Shown here: positions 6,187 to 14,785 of the stretch, piece by piece
Layout: each line of letters begins with the position of its first letter
Numbering within the stretch: the first letter of the stretch is position 1
Origin: a virus
Virus record (IMG/VR): IMGVR_UViG_3300001832_000005
Strand: one strand, 5' to 3'
DNA length: 37,172 bases
Translations under genes and position numbers: made by a program
The notes under the pieces: generated by a model
The model's input: only the letters and a program-made list of their open reading frames with translations
The model's database searches: none
What the model was told of the DNA's origin: nothing

Positions 6187-6615
6187 ATGAAAGCAGGACA
6201 CTATCTCAAGTGGGCTGAAAAGTCTTTCAAGATTCTTGATAAGTTTCACTCAAGAATGTATGAACTATGGGAAGCTTCAGATGAGACTCAACACTTTGAT
6301 GATGACCTTAACTGTAGGCATCATGATCTTGAAAGAGCTTTAGATGATGACAACTATGACCGCCAAGGTTATGACCGCAACGGATACTTCTTGCAATTAC
6401 AAAGGCAAGATGAATCAATCCAAGGCTGTAATGATCGGGTCAAATATTATCTTGATGAGATTAAAAATCTTAAAGATAAAATCAAGAGAACCAAGGAGAA
6501 AAAAGAGAATCTTAAAACCGCAAGGGAGAAGATGATCTTAGACTTTGATATGGACTACAAGACCATAGAGAAGAGACTCTCCGAGGAGTATCCAGACTTC
6601 TTTCCAGTTGACTAA
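6187..6615 (+). CDS. Hypothetical early protein, acidic with a coiled-coil C-terminus (142 aa)
   Basis: ORF with SD AAGGAGG. Confidence 0.65.
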   Translation: MKAGHYLKWAEKSFKILDKFHSRMYELWEASDETQHFDDDLNCRHHDLERALDDDNYDRQGYDRNGYFLQLQRQDESIQGCNDRVKYYLDEIKNLKDKIKRTKEKKENLKTAREKMILDFDMDYKTIEKRLSEEYPDFFPVD

Positions 6616-6628
6616 TTGAAGCACGCTT

Positions 6629-6648
6629 GCAAGCTCTTCGGAGCTTGC
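6629..6648 (+). promoter_or_regulatory. Intercistronic hairpin with a UUCG tetraloop
   Basis: GCAAGCTC TTCG GAGCTTGC, followed by a second 6-bp hairpin GAGTGA/TCACTC (6651-6670). Confidence 0.55.
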
Positions 6649-6705
6649 CTGAGTGACTCATTACTCACTCACATTTAAACCTTAAACGATAGGAGATTAA
6701 GTACT

Positions 6706-7068
6706 ATGTACTATGGAAGAAAAGGGAACTCAGTTCCATTCTTGAATCCAACTGTATGGTTGGGTCACAAGTCAGACAAGATTCCCAAAGATGACAAGAC
6801 GTTTTATTTCTACCCTTGCATCAAAGTTCATCAAGCTTTAACAAGTAAAAGATGGACAGCTACCTTTGTTAACTATGGGGCTGACAACATAGTTAGTAAA
6901 AAGAAAAATGATGAGTCCTTATCTGAGTTTGAAAATGCTAAACTTGTTTGCTATCAGTTGATGGCTAGACAGACCAAGCATAAGAACAAGAGGGGTCTAA
7001 TCATAGGGGCAGGATACGATTATGACTATTGGTATTTCATAATTGACAGCCTAACAACAACGGATTGA
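6706..7068 (+). CDS. Hypothetical early protein (120 aa)
   Basis: ORF with SD TAGGAG. Confidence 0.65.
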   Translation: MYYGRKGNSVPFLNPTVWLGHKSDKIPKDDKTFYFYPCIKVHQALTSKRWTATFVNYGADNIVSKKKNDESLSEFENAKLVCYQLMARQTKHKNKRGLIIGAGYDYDYWYFIIDSLTTTD

Positions 7069-7084
7069 CAACTTCAATTCATTC

Positions 7085-7113
7085 GGGCATACTGTATTCA
7101 GGTATGCCCTTTT
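7085..7113 (+). terminator. Intrinsic terminator-like hairpin
   Basis: GGGCATAC tgtattcag GTATGCCC followed by TTTT. Confidence 0.6.
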
Positions 7114-7152
7114 CATACCCACCAACCAACCAAAACACAGGAGGTAAATCTA

Positions 7153-7359
7153 ATGGTTGACACATATCCACATAACTGGCTATCTCAAGAAGAGCCAAGG
7201 GATTACAAAAAAGACATCACACAAATTGATGATGGTCTTATTGGTATTCAGATTACCAAAGAAAATGCTAAAGACATTTCAAAAATCTGGGAAGCTCTCA
7301 AGTCTGTACCCGCCCCAAAGAAAGGGGAAGTATGGAAGCACAGAGGAGAGATGTCATGA
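7153..7359 (+). CDS. Hypothetical early protein (68 aa)
   Basis: SD AGGAGG. Preferred over the overlapping 7157..7390 frame because the next gene start overlaps its stop. Confidence 0.55.
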   Translation: MVDTYPHNWLSQEEPRDYKKDITQIDDGLIGIQITKENAKDISKIWEALKSVPAPKKGEVWKHRGEMS

Positions 7360-7487
7360 ACAATTCTTTGATGGAAGAGAGCTTTCATGATTGGCTCGAT
7401 CAATGCCCTAACAACTGGGTTCGTTTAGCTGCTGATGATGACTCATCAACCTATAAATTTTATAGGGAAGATCAGGAGGAAGACTAA
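7356..7487 (+). CDS. Hypothetical early protein (43 aa; not in ORF track)
   Basis: ATG overlaps the previous stop (ATGTCATGA), SD GAGGAG, and the ORF ends in a TAATG overlap with the next gene. Confidence 0.45.
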   Translation: MNNSLMEESFHDWLDQCPNNWVRLAADDDSSTYKFYREDQEED

Positions 7488-7711
7488 TGAGCATAAGTCA
7501 AATCGAAGTAGCTGTTGAGTTTCTCAAAGAGCGTGGTTGGGAGTTTCGACCCGCCCAAAAAATCGAAGGTGTCTTTAAACCTCTGGGTAAATATGATGCC
7601 AAGAATCCTGCTCAAGATGACTTCAGTGTTTATGACAACAACACTTTAAAATCTTTTGCATATTTGATTTCTAAAGCAGAGTCTCAAGGTAAAACTTGGA
7701 GGTATGTTTAA
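7487..7711 (+). CDS. Hypothetical early protein (74 aa)
   Basis: SD AGGAGG and a TAATG junction. Confidence 0.6.
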   Translation: MSISQIEVAVEFLKERGWEFRPAQKIEGVFKPLGKYDAKNPAQDDFSVYDNNTLKSFAYLISKAESQGKTWRYV

Positions 7712-7905
7712 TGCTTAGATCAAAGCACGCAATCTTTATGGAGCTTGATTGTATTCTCCATAGGGCTGCACAACTTACCGATAGAAACTTTACTATCATC
7801 TTGCCCTCTGATGAGGAGGGCAACCTCTTACTTGATGAGTCTATTGAACACTACAAGAAAGAGATTATTAAAACTATTAACCAAATCAAAACGGAGGAAC
7901 TTTAA
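7711..7905 (+). CDS. Hypothetical early protein (64 aa; start refined from track ORF 7696)
   Basis: ATG at 7711 overlaps the previous TAA; SD GGAGG lies 9 nt upstream. Confidence 0.55.
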   Translation: MLRSKHAIFMELDCILHRAAQLTDRNFTIILPSDEEGNLLLDESIEHYKKEIIKTINQIKTEEL

Positions 7906-7906
7906 A

Positions 7907-8224
7907 ATGCACAAGTCTGAAACAGTACACGTCTTTCCTGAAGATCATTTTGAATCTTTAGAATTTGTATGTCATGAAGATGGAATCTTTGATGACAGAT
8001 CAATAGGATACATTTCGGCAACTGACATAGCAGGAGATGAGGTTCATCTCCCTAACGTCAAGAGTCCTGCTGTAGTTAAATTCTTTGCTGACTTTATAGA
8101 GCTTGACAATGTGTTAAGAGAGAAGGACAAAGGGAATGTAGCAACCAAAGAAACCATGAATTACCTAAGAAAAATTCATAAGAAGATTGATGGTTGGATA
8201 CAGCAAGAGAAGGAGGACAAGTAA
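7907..8224 (+). CDS. Hypothetical acidic early protein (105 aa; start refined from track ORF 7745)
   Basis: ATG at 7907 preceded by CGGAGG. The upstream part of the track ORF overlaps the previous gene. Confidence 0.6.
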   Translation: MHKSETVHVFPEDHFESLEFVCHEDGIFDDRSIGYISATDIAGDEVHLPNVKSPAVVKFFADFIELDNVLREKDKGNVATKETMNYLRKIHKKIDGWIQQEKEDK

Positions 8225-8227
8225 CCT

Positions 8228-8455
8228 ATGGCTGTTTGTCCTAACAAAGAGTGTCGCAGTACTAATACAAAGTATTTAGATACAAGACACAGACAGGAAA
8301 GCAGAGCAACAAAGAAGCCCTATACCTACAGGTCTAGGGTTTGTTTGTCTTGTGGTCAACGCTTTGCTACCAGAGAATATTCTATTCAAGACCTGATCGA
8401 CTTCGGCAAGAAGGGATACATGGAGATGATTGACGACCTAATTAAAAACAACTAA
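8228..8455 (+). CDS. C4 zinc-ribbon protein, NrdR/Ogr-Delta-like N-terminal fold (75 aa)
   Basis: CPNKEC...(28 aa)...CLSCGQRFATREY resembles the NrdR zinc-ribbon pattern CPxC..D(S/T)R...RRRxCxxCxxRFTTxE. No ATP-cone domain. Confidence 0.55.
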   Translation: MAVCPNKECRSTNTKYLDTRHRQESRATKKPYTYRSRVCLSCGQRFATREYSIQDLIDFGKKGYMEMIDDLIKNN

Positions 8456-8468
8456 CCAAAAGGAGACA

Positions 8469-9308
8469 ATGAAAAACAAAGTACCAACACTCAAGGAAGC
8501 TGCTTTCATAACCTACAAAAGGAGAAAGAACGGAGAGAAATCGGCTGATGATTTTCTCGTCAGCATGAAGCATAATATCCAAGCTCTTGGGAACATACCT
8601 GTAAACAAAATAACTACAAGTATGATTAGCAAGATGAATGACTACAACAAAGCAAGACCCAACTGCAACGAGGTAGTTAATAAAAAGATGGGGCATCTCA
8701 AGTTAGTACTTGATGATTGCAAAGATGATGGACACTTAACAATGCCTGAGTTTCCCAAGCCATTGAAGGTAAAGAAGAATAAGAAAGTTCATTACCTTAC
8801 AAATGAAATGGAGATTGAGCTATTGGATAAGGTCACAGAGCTAGGACATGATGAACATAGAGATGTATTCAAGTGCTTGATTGATCTAGGTTGCAGGTGC
8901 ATGGAGCTACTCACTCTTGAGAAAAGATTTATTGACTTTGAAAAGAATCAAATTACATTTCAAGAAAGGAAAAACGGAAGGCCAAACACTGTACCAATGA
9001 GTAACAAAGTAAGAGATATTATCAAGCCATACTATGACAAGTGCAATACGTTGGACTATGTATTCGACCATAATTATTATTGGGCTGAGAGTGTGTTCAA
9101 GAAGGTCAAGAAAGAACTAGGTTATGAGCAACACAAGTGGTACAGGATACATCTGTTTAGAGATACAGCAGGGTCAAGATTAGTACAACGTGGAGTACAT
9201 CTCTTGATAGTCAGAGATTGGTTAGGTCATGAAGATGTAAAGATGACAGAGAAGTATGCTCATCTTGCCCCTAACTCTATGCACTCAGTTGTGGAGGTCT
9301 TGAACTAA
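8469..9308 (+). CDS. int: Tyrosine recombinase / phage integrase (279 aa)
   Basis: Catalytic-type motifs: GCRCMELLTL (Arg), HLFRDTA (HxxR), WLGHEDVKMTEKYAHL (His and Tyr). Confidence 0.9.
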   Translation: MKNKVPTLKEAAFITYKRRKNGEKSADDFLVSMKHNIQALGNIPVNKITTSMISKMNDYNKARPNCNEVVNKKMGHLKLVLDDCKDDGHLTMPEFPKPLKVKKNKKVHYLTNEMEIELLDKVTELGHDEHRDVFKCLIDLGCRCMELLTLEKRFIDFEKNQITFQERKNGRPNTVPMSNKVRDIIKPYYDKCNTLDYVFDHNYYWAESVFKKVKKELGYEQHKWYRIHLFRDTAGSRLVQRGVHLLIVRDWLGHEDVKMTEKYAHLAPNSMHSVVEVLN

Positions 9309-9514
9309 TGAAGTTTACCGATAGCCAAATCTTTTTTATCAATGACTCGATAAGAAAAGAGTTAAATGAACAAGAAATATTTTTAAAATATTTAACTGAT
9401 CTAGCACAAAAAGAAAATGATTTAGTAAAGAAAAATAAGATCAATAAATCTGTTGAATTGTGTGTGCAAAAGATACAAGAACTTGAAGCGTTGAGAGGTT
9501 TACTTCATGAGTGA
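9308..9514 (+). CDS. Hypothetical coiled-coil protein (68 aa)
   Basis: TAATG junction with int, SD GGAGG, and an 8-nt overlap with the RNAP gene. Confidence 0.55.
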   Translation: MKFTDSQIFFINDSIRKELNEQEIFLKYLTDLAQKENDLVKKNKINKSVELCVQKIQELEALRGLLHE

Positions 9515-11909
9515 ACCAAGCAAGAAACAACTAGAGCTAGAGCAAAGTATTTTTAGCATCTCAGGGTATAACAAGATCAGTAAAAATAATAAACTCAGGG
9601 AGCAGGGAAGGGAGTCTGAAACATACTATGCTCGCAACATGATTGAAGCAGGGCTAGAGGAATTAACAAAGCAGACTCAGAACTATATATATAAATCCTT
9701 GAGTGGACAAGTAGGAGTCAAATCGTTAGCTGCTATATACCTAAATCAATTCCCTGATATTGACGTGGTTTCTTTTATAACTTTCAAGGTCATCATAGAC
9801 AACGTATCGCTAGGCAAAGTAACAACACAGGTAGCTATCAATATAGGTCAGATGTTGGAAGACGAAATGCGATACACAATCTTTGAAGAGCAAGACCCTA
9901 AACATTTCAAAGCAATCCAACATCATACCAGAGATACAAACCACCAAGGTTATAAAAAGAATATGGTCAGATCACACATGAGTAAGAAGGGCATAGAGTT
10001 CAAGACTTGGAGTAAAGAAAATAAATTAAAAATTGGTATGGTTCTGATTGACTTAGTTGTTAATCATATTGGAATGATAAAGCTTATAAACAAAAGGGTT
10101 GGCAAGACTACTACTTCATGCGTGGTCTTCACTGATGTAGCCGACAAGTGGATAAGAAAGAACAGAGCCAACCGCATAGCTGCTTATCCTTTGTATCTTC
10201 CTTGCTTCGATAAGCCCAAACAATATACAACTTTATTTGACGGAGGTTATTACACAGAGAGACTCAGGACTTCAGCTATCAAGACAACTAATCAAGAGAC
10301 ATTAAAAAAGTTACAAGAAGAAAACTTAACAGTATGTCTAAAGGCTCTAAACCTTGCGTCAAGTACTGCGTGGGGGGTAAATAAATTTGTGTTTGATATT
10401 CTTGTATATTGTTGGGAAGAAAGAATAGAAGTAGGTGGGTTGATTGATAGAGAGCCACTTGAATTACCAGTAAAGCCTGAAGGTTTTGGAGAAGATAAAG
10501 AGGTAACAAAACAATGGAGTTACCACGCAGGTTTAATTCATGATACAAACCACGCTAACAAAGTAAAGAGATTCCAAATACTTTCAATGATAGATACAGC
10601 AAAAAGTTATCTTGGGGAAAAATTTTTTCACGTTTATCAAATGGATTTTACTTCAAGACTTTATCCTGTTACCGCACACTTCCACCCACAGGGAACTGAT
10701 ATTGCCAGAGCCTTGCATCACTTCTATGAGGGTGCTGTTATCAAGACTAAGAAAGATGCTGATTGGTTGGCGATAGCAGGAGCTAATGCTTTTGGTTATA
10801 ACAAGTTGAGCTATGATGAAAGGCTAGAGTGGGCATACATAGAAGGGCAAGACTTTGCTGAACAGGTAGCACTCAACCCACTGGACAACATAGATATATG
10901 GGGTCAGGCAAAAGACCCTTGGCAATTCCTAGCTTGGTGTAGAGAGTGGTATGAATTTTGTCAGGTAGGATTGAAGGGAGAATATGTCTCACGTTTCTGT
11001 TGTTGTCTTGATGGTACTAACAATGGATACCAACATATTGCAGGGTTGATTTCATCTGAAGTACTAGCAAAGAAAGTTAATTTACAGAGAGCAAGTAAGC
11101 CACAGGATTTGTATAAAGATGTTCTAGTTAGAGTCATAGAAATACTTGACACAGATACAACAACGCAAGGCAAGAACTGGAATAAGATTTCAAAGCTGTT
11201 GACTAGAAAGTTTATAAAGAAACCAGTGCTGATGATTCCTTATAACTCAACGACCTTTGGCATAGCCAACTACATAGAAAAATATTTTGTCGCAAAAAAT
11301 ATTTCAATGGCAAAAAATTTTAAGAATAACTTTTACCTTGCTTCAGTAATCGAACAGGCTGTAAAAGATATATGTCCTGAAAGCTATCAAGTTTTAAATT
11401 ACTTGTCGAGGATAGCTCTATGTTTTAACAAAGAGAACAAGACTATCTCATGGCATACCCCCTCTGGGTTTCTAGTACAGCAGAAGTACTATACAAACCA
11501 GACTAAAAGAATCAAGACCAAGCTCAGTAATCAAACAGTTTACCTGAGTCTTGCCGAGCCTGACGAGAAGCTAGTCAATAAGAGAAAACAACTGCAAGGT
11601 TTCCCAAGTAATTATATACATTCCTTTGACGCTGCTCATCTACAGTTAAGCTTGGTTGAAGCAAGCAAGATGGATTTAAAACAGTTCTGTATTATTCATG
11701 ATTGCTTTGGTAGTCCTGCTGCTGAACTTGATAGGCTGATTGAATGTGTAAAGCAGACATTCTTCTACATATATAGTGATAATAATTTAGATAACTTACA
11801 TCATCAAGCAGCAGATCAATTAAGTAATACCAAGGGATTACCAACTGCACTACTGATGGGGGAGTTTGATATTACAGATGTGTTGACAGCACCATATATA
11901 TTTACATAG
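9507..11909 (+). CDS. T7-like single-subunit DNA-dependent RNA polymerase (800 aa)
   Basis: LDGTNNGYQH (motif A), KKPVLMIPYNSTTFG (cf. T7 KRSVMTLAYGS) and IIHDCFGS (motif C, cf. T7 HDSFG). Confidence 0.95.
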   Translation: MSEPSKKQLELEQSIFSISGYNKISKNNKLREQGRESETYYARNMIEAGLEELTKQTQNYIYKSLSGQVGVKSLAAIYLNQFPDIDVVSFITFKVIIDNVSLGKVTTQVAINIGQMLEDEMRYTIFEEQDPKHFKAIQHHTRDTNHQGYKKNMVRSHMSKKGIEFKTWSKENKLKIGMVLIDLVVNHIGMIKLINKRVGKTTTSCVVFTDVADKWIRKNRANRIAAYPLYLPCFDKPKQYTTLFDGGYYTERLRTSAIKTTNQETLKKLQEENLTVCLKALNLASSTAWGVNKFVFDILVYCWEERIEVGGLIDREPLELPVKPEGFGEDKEVTKQWSYHAGLIHDTNHANKVKRFQILSMIDTAKSYLGEKFFHVYQMDFTSRLYPVTAHFHPQGTDIARALHHFYEGAVIKTKKDADWLAIAGANAFGYNKLSYDERLEWAYIEGQDFAEQVALNPLDNIDIWGQAKDPWQFLAWCREWYEFCQVGLKGEYVSRFCCCLDGTNNGYQHIAGLISSEVLAKKVNLQRASKPQDLYKDVLVRVIEILDTDTTTQGKNWNKISKLLTRKFIKKPVLMIPYNSTTFGIANYIEKYFVAKNISMAKNFKNNFYLASVIEQAVKDICPESYQVLNYLSRIALCFNKENKTISWHTPSGFLVQQKYYTNQTKRIKTKLSNQTVYLSLAEPDEKLVNKRKQLQGFPSNYIHSFDAAHLQLSLVEASKMDLKQFCIIHDCFGSPAAELDRLIECVKQTFFYIYSDNNLDNLHHQAADQLSNTKGLPTALLMGEFDITDVLTAPYIFT

Positions 11910-11977
11910 CAAGAGATCAAGGTACAATTAGGGAACGTCTTTTTAAAGACGAATCACAAGAACAATCCAAGGTAAAC

Positions 11978-12646
11978 ATGGAATCAATTAAATCGGAGCA
12001 GATTAAAATAGTCACTCCTGTAGGAACACGCTTTCGTTATTCCTATCTCGTTACACCTGATGAATACATGGGTGTTGAGAAGTGGAAGACAGAAGCTATG
12101 ATACCTGTCGGCACAATCGTCAAGGTAAAAGAAGATGGCAAAGAAGTAGAACATGAAGCTACTCAATACATAGCCAACCAGTTAGAGAACTTACTTGAAG
12201 GTTGGAAGTCACAGTTAAAAGCTGCCTACCCAACTAGAACATTCACTCTTACAAAGAACAAGAACACAGGAAAGCCTACTTTTCCTTGGTCGTTTGAAGA
12301 AGACTATTTAATCCTGAAGCTTAAGAAAAATGTCAAAGGATTAAAAGGCAACAACCAACCGATACAACTGTTTAAGCATGACCCTGCTTCAGGACAAAAC
12401 TTATTGATGAGTGAAGCCGAAAGACAAACTATGAATAAGATTAGTCCAGAGACTACAGGCCAAGCAGCTATGCTTGCTTCTGGTTATGACGCACAGGGTA
12501 ATGGTGTTGGTATCAAACTATTCCCCATATCTTTTTGCTTCAGGGATATAGTTCCTTGGACAGGAGGAGGAGCAGATGATTTTGATACAACAGAACCATC
12601 AAGCTATGAAGAGAAAACTCCGACCGCAACCGCAGCAGACTTCTAA
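11978..12646 (+). CDS. T7 gp2.5-like ssDNA-binding protein (222 aa)
   Basis: N-terminus VGTRFRYSYLVTPDE (cf. gp2.5 AEPYAYIAKPD) and an acidic C-tail ending ...AADF with terminal Phe. Sits at the gp2.5 position. Confidence 0.8.
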   Translation: MESIKSEQIKIVTPVGTRFRYSYLVTPDEYMGVEKWKTEAMIPVGTIVKVKEDGKEVEHEATQYIANQLENLLEGWKSQLKAAYPTRTFTLTKNKNTGKPTFPWSFEEDYLILKLKKNVKGLKGNNQPIQLFKHDPASGQNLLMSEAERQTMNKISPETTGQAAMLASGYDAQGNGVGIKLFPISFCFRDIVPWTGGGADDFDTTEPSSYEEKTPTATAADF

Positions 12647-12995
12647 GTACAAGAGTAAATTTGAAAGTCAATTTGCTGACGACCTAAAAAAAAAGAAACT
12701 TATCTTTACCTATGAAACACTCAGCATTGACTATGAAATTACTTGCACCTATCGGCCTGACTTTATCCTCAACAATTTTATTGTTGAAACGAAGGGCTAC
12801 TTTTCCAAAGAAGATAGACGAAAGCATCTTGCGATTAAGGAGAAACGACCCGACCTAGATATAAGGTTCTGTTTTCAAAACAGCAAGACCAAACTATCCA
12901 AGGCCAAGAACTCTATCTCGTATGCCGATTGGTGTACGAGACATGGGTTTCAATACTGCGACAAATTTATTCCAGAAGATTGGTATGACAAGTAA
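12606..12995 (+). CDS. T7 endonuclease I (gp3-like Holliday-junction resolvase)
   Basis: YRPDFILNNFIVETKGYFSKEDRRKHLAIKEKRPDLDIRFCF closely parallels T7 gp3. Start is ATG 12606 (or 12576), overlapping the SSB gene end. Confidence 0.93.
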   Translation: MKRKLRPQPQQTSKYKSKFESQFADDLKKKKLIFTYETLSIDYEITCTYRPDFILNNFIVETKGYFSKEDRRKHLAIKEKRPDLDIRFCFQNSKTKLSKAKNSISYADWCTRHGFQYCDKFIPEDWYDK

Positions 12996-13161
12996 CCACA
13001 TAGATGATCGCAAGAATCAGATAAGCCACCGCATTTCTGATTTAATTTTTTTGCTAAATCAACTTGAAAAAAATAATCCATTTACTTATCCCAATGGAAC
13101 TACACATCATTTTGAATATCGACTAGCTCAGTACCAACACGTTAAATATCCAGATGCCTAA
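12985..13161 (+). CDS. Hypothetical small protein (58 aa; start refined from 12922)
   Basis: First ATG that does not deeply overlap the endonuclease gene. Confidence 0.4.
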   Translation: MTSNHIDDRKNQISHRISDLIFLLNQLEKNNPFTYPNGTTHHFEYRLAQYQHVKYPDA

Positions 13162-14785
13162 CTCAAGCTACAAAGTTAAAGAGGTTTGCCCTGAGTGTGG
13201 CAAGAAAAACTGTGCGGTCTTTAGTGATGGACATAAGCATTGTTTCACTATGGATTGCGGATACACTTACTACCCAAACAAGAAAAATTTATCGTCTGCT
13301 TACTCAAAGAAAATGATAGACAAAGTGACACCACTATTTAAAACAAGTCCAAAGCTATTGAAGGTAACACCTATAGCATTATCGAAACGTGGAATCACTA
13401 AAGAGACTTGCGAACTATTTGGATATGGACAGGCTGAATACAAAGGTATGCCTGTTCAAGTAGCTACATATAAAGATCAAAAGGGTAATGATGTAGCACA
13501 GCATATTAGATTCCCTGATAAGAAGTTTGCTTGGATAGGAGATATAAAAGAAGTACAGCTATGGGGTCAACATCTATGGCGTCAGCATGGCGGTAATGGT
13601 TCTGTCTTTGTAACTGTTTGCGAAGGAGAGATTGATTGCATGAGTGCTAGTCAGATACAGGGTAATAAGTTTCCCTGTGTATCTATTCCGTCAGGTGTAC
13701 AATCAGCAGCCAAGTATCTAGCAGCTAACTACAAATGGTTAGATACTTATTGTCGTATAGTTCTATGCTTTGATAATGATGAAGCAGGTAGGAAAGCAGC
13801 AGAGAAATGCTTGGAGGTTTTACCCAAGGGCAAAGTAGCAATAGCAAAGCTTGATCGTAATGACGTGAACGATCATCTGGTATTGAATGAAGGAGAGATA
13901 GTAAGACAAAAGTTATGGAAGGCTCGACCAGTAAGACCTGATAGTTTAATTAATGGAGCAGACGCATGGGATTTGTTTATTAAAGAAACAAGTAAACCAA
14001 TATCAGACTTTCCATTTCCAAAACTAAATGACTTTACAAGAGGTTTGTTTCCTAGCCAACTGTTCACAGTTGCTAGTGGAAGTGGAGCAGGTAAGTCCAC
14101 GATATGCAGAGAACTTGCATACCATTTCTTAACCAAGAATTTAAAGCTTGGTTACATAGGATTAGAAGAATCAGTACAAAGAACTTTACAGGGATTGGTT
14201 GGTATTGATATGAATGTACCGCTACACCTCGAAGATGATATTGACCCTGATGAAGTCAAGAGTTCATTTGATAAGCTGACATCTTCTCGTAACCTATATT
14301 TATATAATCACTTTGGTAGTCTTGACCCTGATGTATTGCTTGAGCAGATCAGATACTTAGCAACTGTTGATGGGGTTCAGATAGTAATACTAGATCATAT
14401 AACTATAGTTACTTCAGGTCTTGAATTAGAGAATGAAAGACGTGCTATTGATGTGACAATGACTAAGCTTAGAAGTCTATGCGAATCAACTGGCATAGCT
14501 TTGATACTTGTTAGTCATCTACGCAGACCGCAAGGACAATCACATGAGTCGGGCAGGGAGATTGATACTTCAGATTTGAAGGGGAGTTCTGGACTACTCC
14601 AACTTTCTGATGTTGTATTAGGTGCATCAAGGAATCAGGTAGGCGAAGCTAGTGAAAGACAAAGACTACAGTTAAAGATACTTAAGTCAAGACATACAGG
14701 TATGACAGGAGAAGTAGATAAGTTATTGTATGACCAAAAGACAGGCAGGTTAATAGTTTATGAAAACACATTCGGAGATTTATGA
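13154..14785 (+). CDS. T7 gp4-like primase-helicase
   Basis: Zn finger CPECGKKNC...HCFTMDCG; TOPRIM CEGEIDCMS and FDNDEAGRKAA; Walker A GSGAGKST; ILDHIT. Confidence 0.95.
   Translation: MPNSSYKVKEVCPECGKKNCAVFSDGHKHCFTMDCGYTYYPNKKNLSSAYSKKMIDKVTPLFKTSPKLLKVTPIALSKRGITKETCELFGYGQAEYKGMPVQVATYKDQKGNDVAQHIRFPDKKFAWIGDIKEVQLWGQHLWRQHGGNGSVFVTVCEGEIDCMSASQIQGNKFPCVSIPSGVQSAAKYLAANYKWLDTYCRIVLCFDNDEAGRKAAEKCLEVLPKGKVAIAKLDRNDVNDHLVLNEGEIVRQKLWKARPVRPDSLINGADAWDLFIKETSKPISDFPFPKLNDFTRGLFPSQLFTVASGSGAGKSTICRELAYHFLTKNLKLGYIGLEESVQRTLQGLVGIDMNVPLHLEDDIDPDEVKSSFDKLTSSRNLYLYNHFGSLDPDVLLEQIRYLATVDGVQIVILDHITIVTSGLELENERRAIDVTMTKLRSLCESTGIALILVSHLRRPQGQSHESGREIDTSDLKGSSGLLQLSDVVLGASRNQVGEASERQRLQLKILKSRHTGMTGEVDKLLYDQKTGRLIVYENTFGDL

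Noticed and set aside
11926-11951. AATTAGGGAAC right after the RNAP gene resembles the upstream half of the K11 promoter (AATTAGGGCAC) at the T7 class II promoter position
   Set aside because: The melting and initiation half (CTATAGG) is replaced by a CGTCTT/AAGACG hairpin, so as read it does not look like a functional promoter of this class. It might be a diverged weak promoter, but I cannot support that from the sequence alone.
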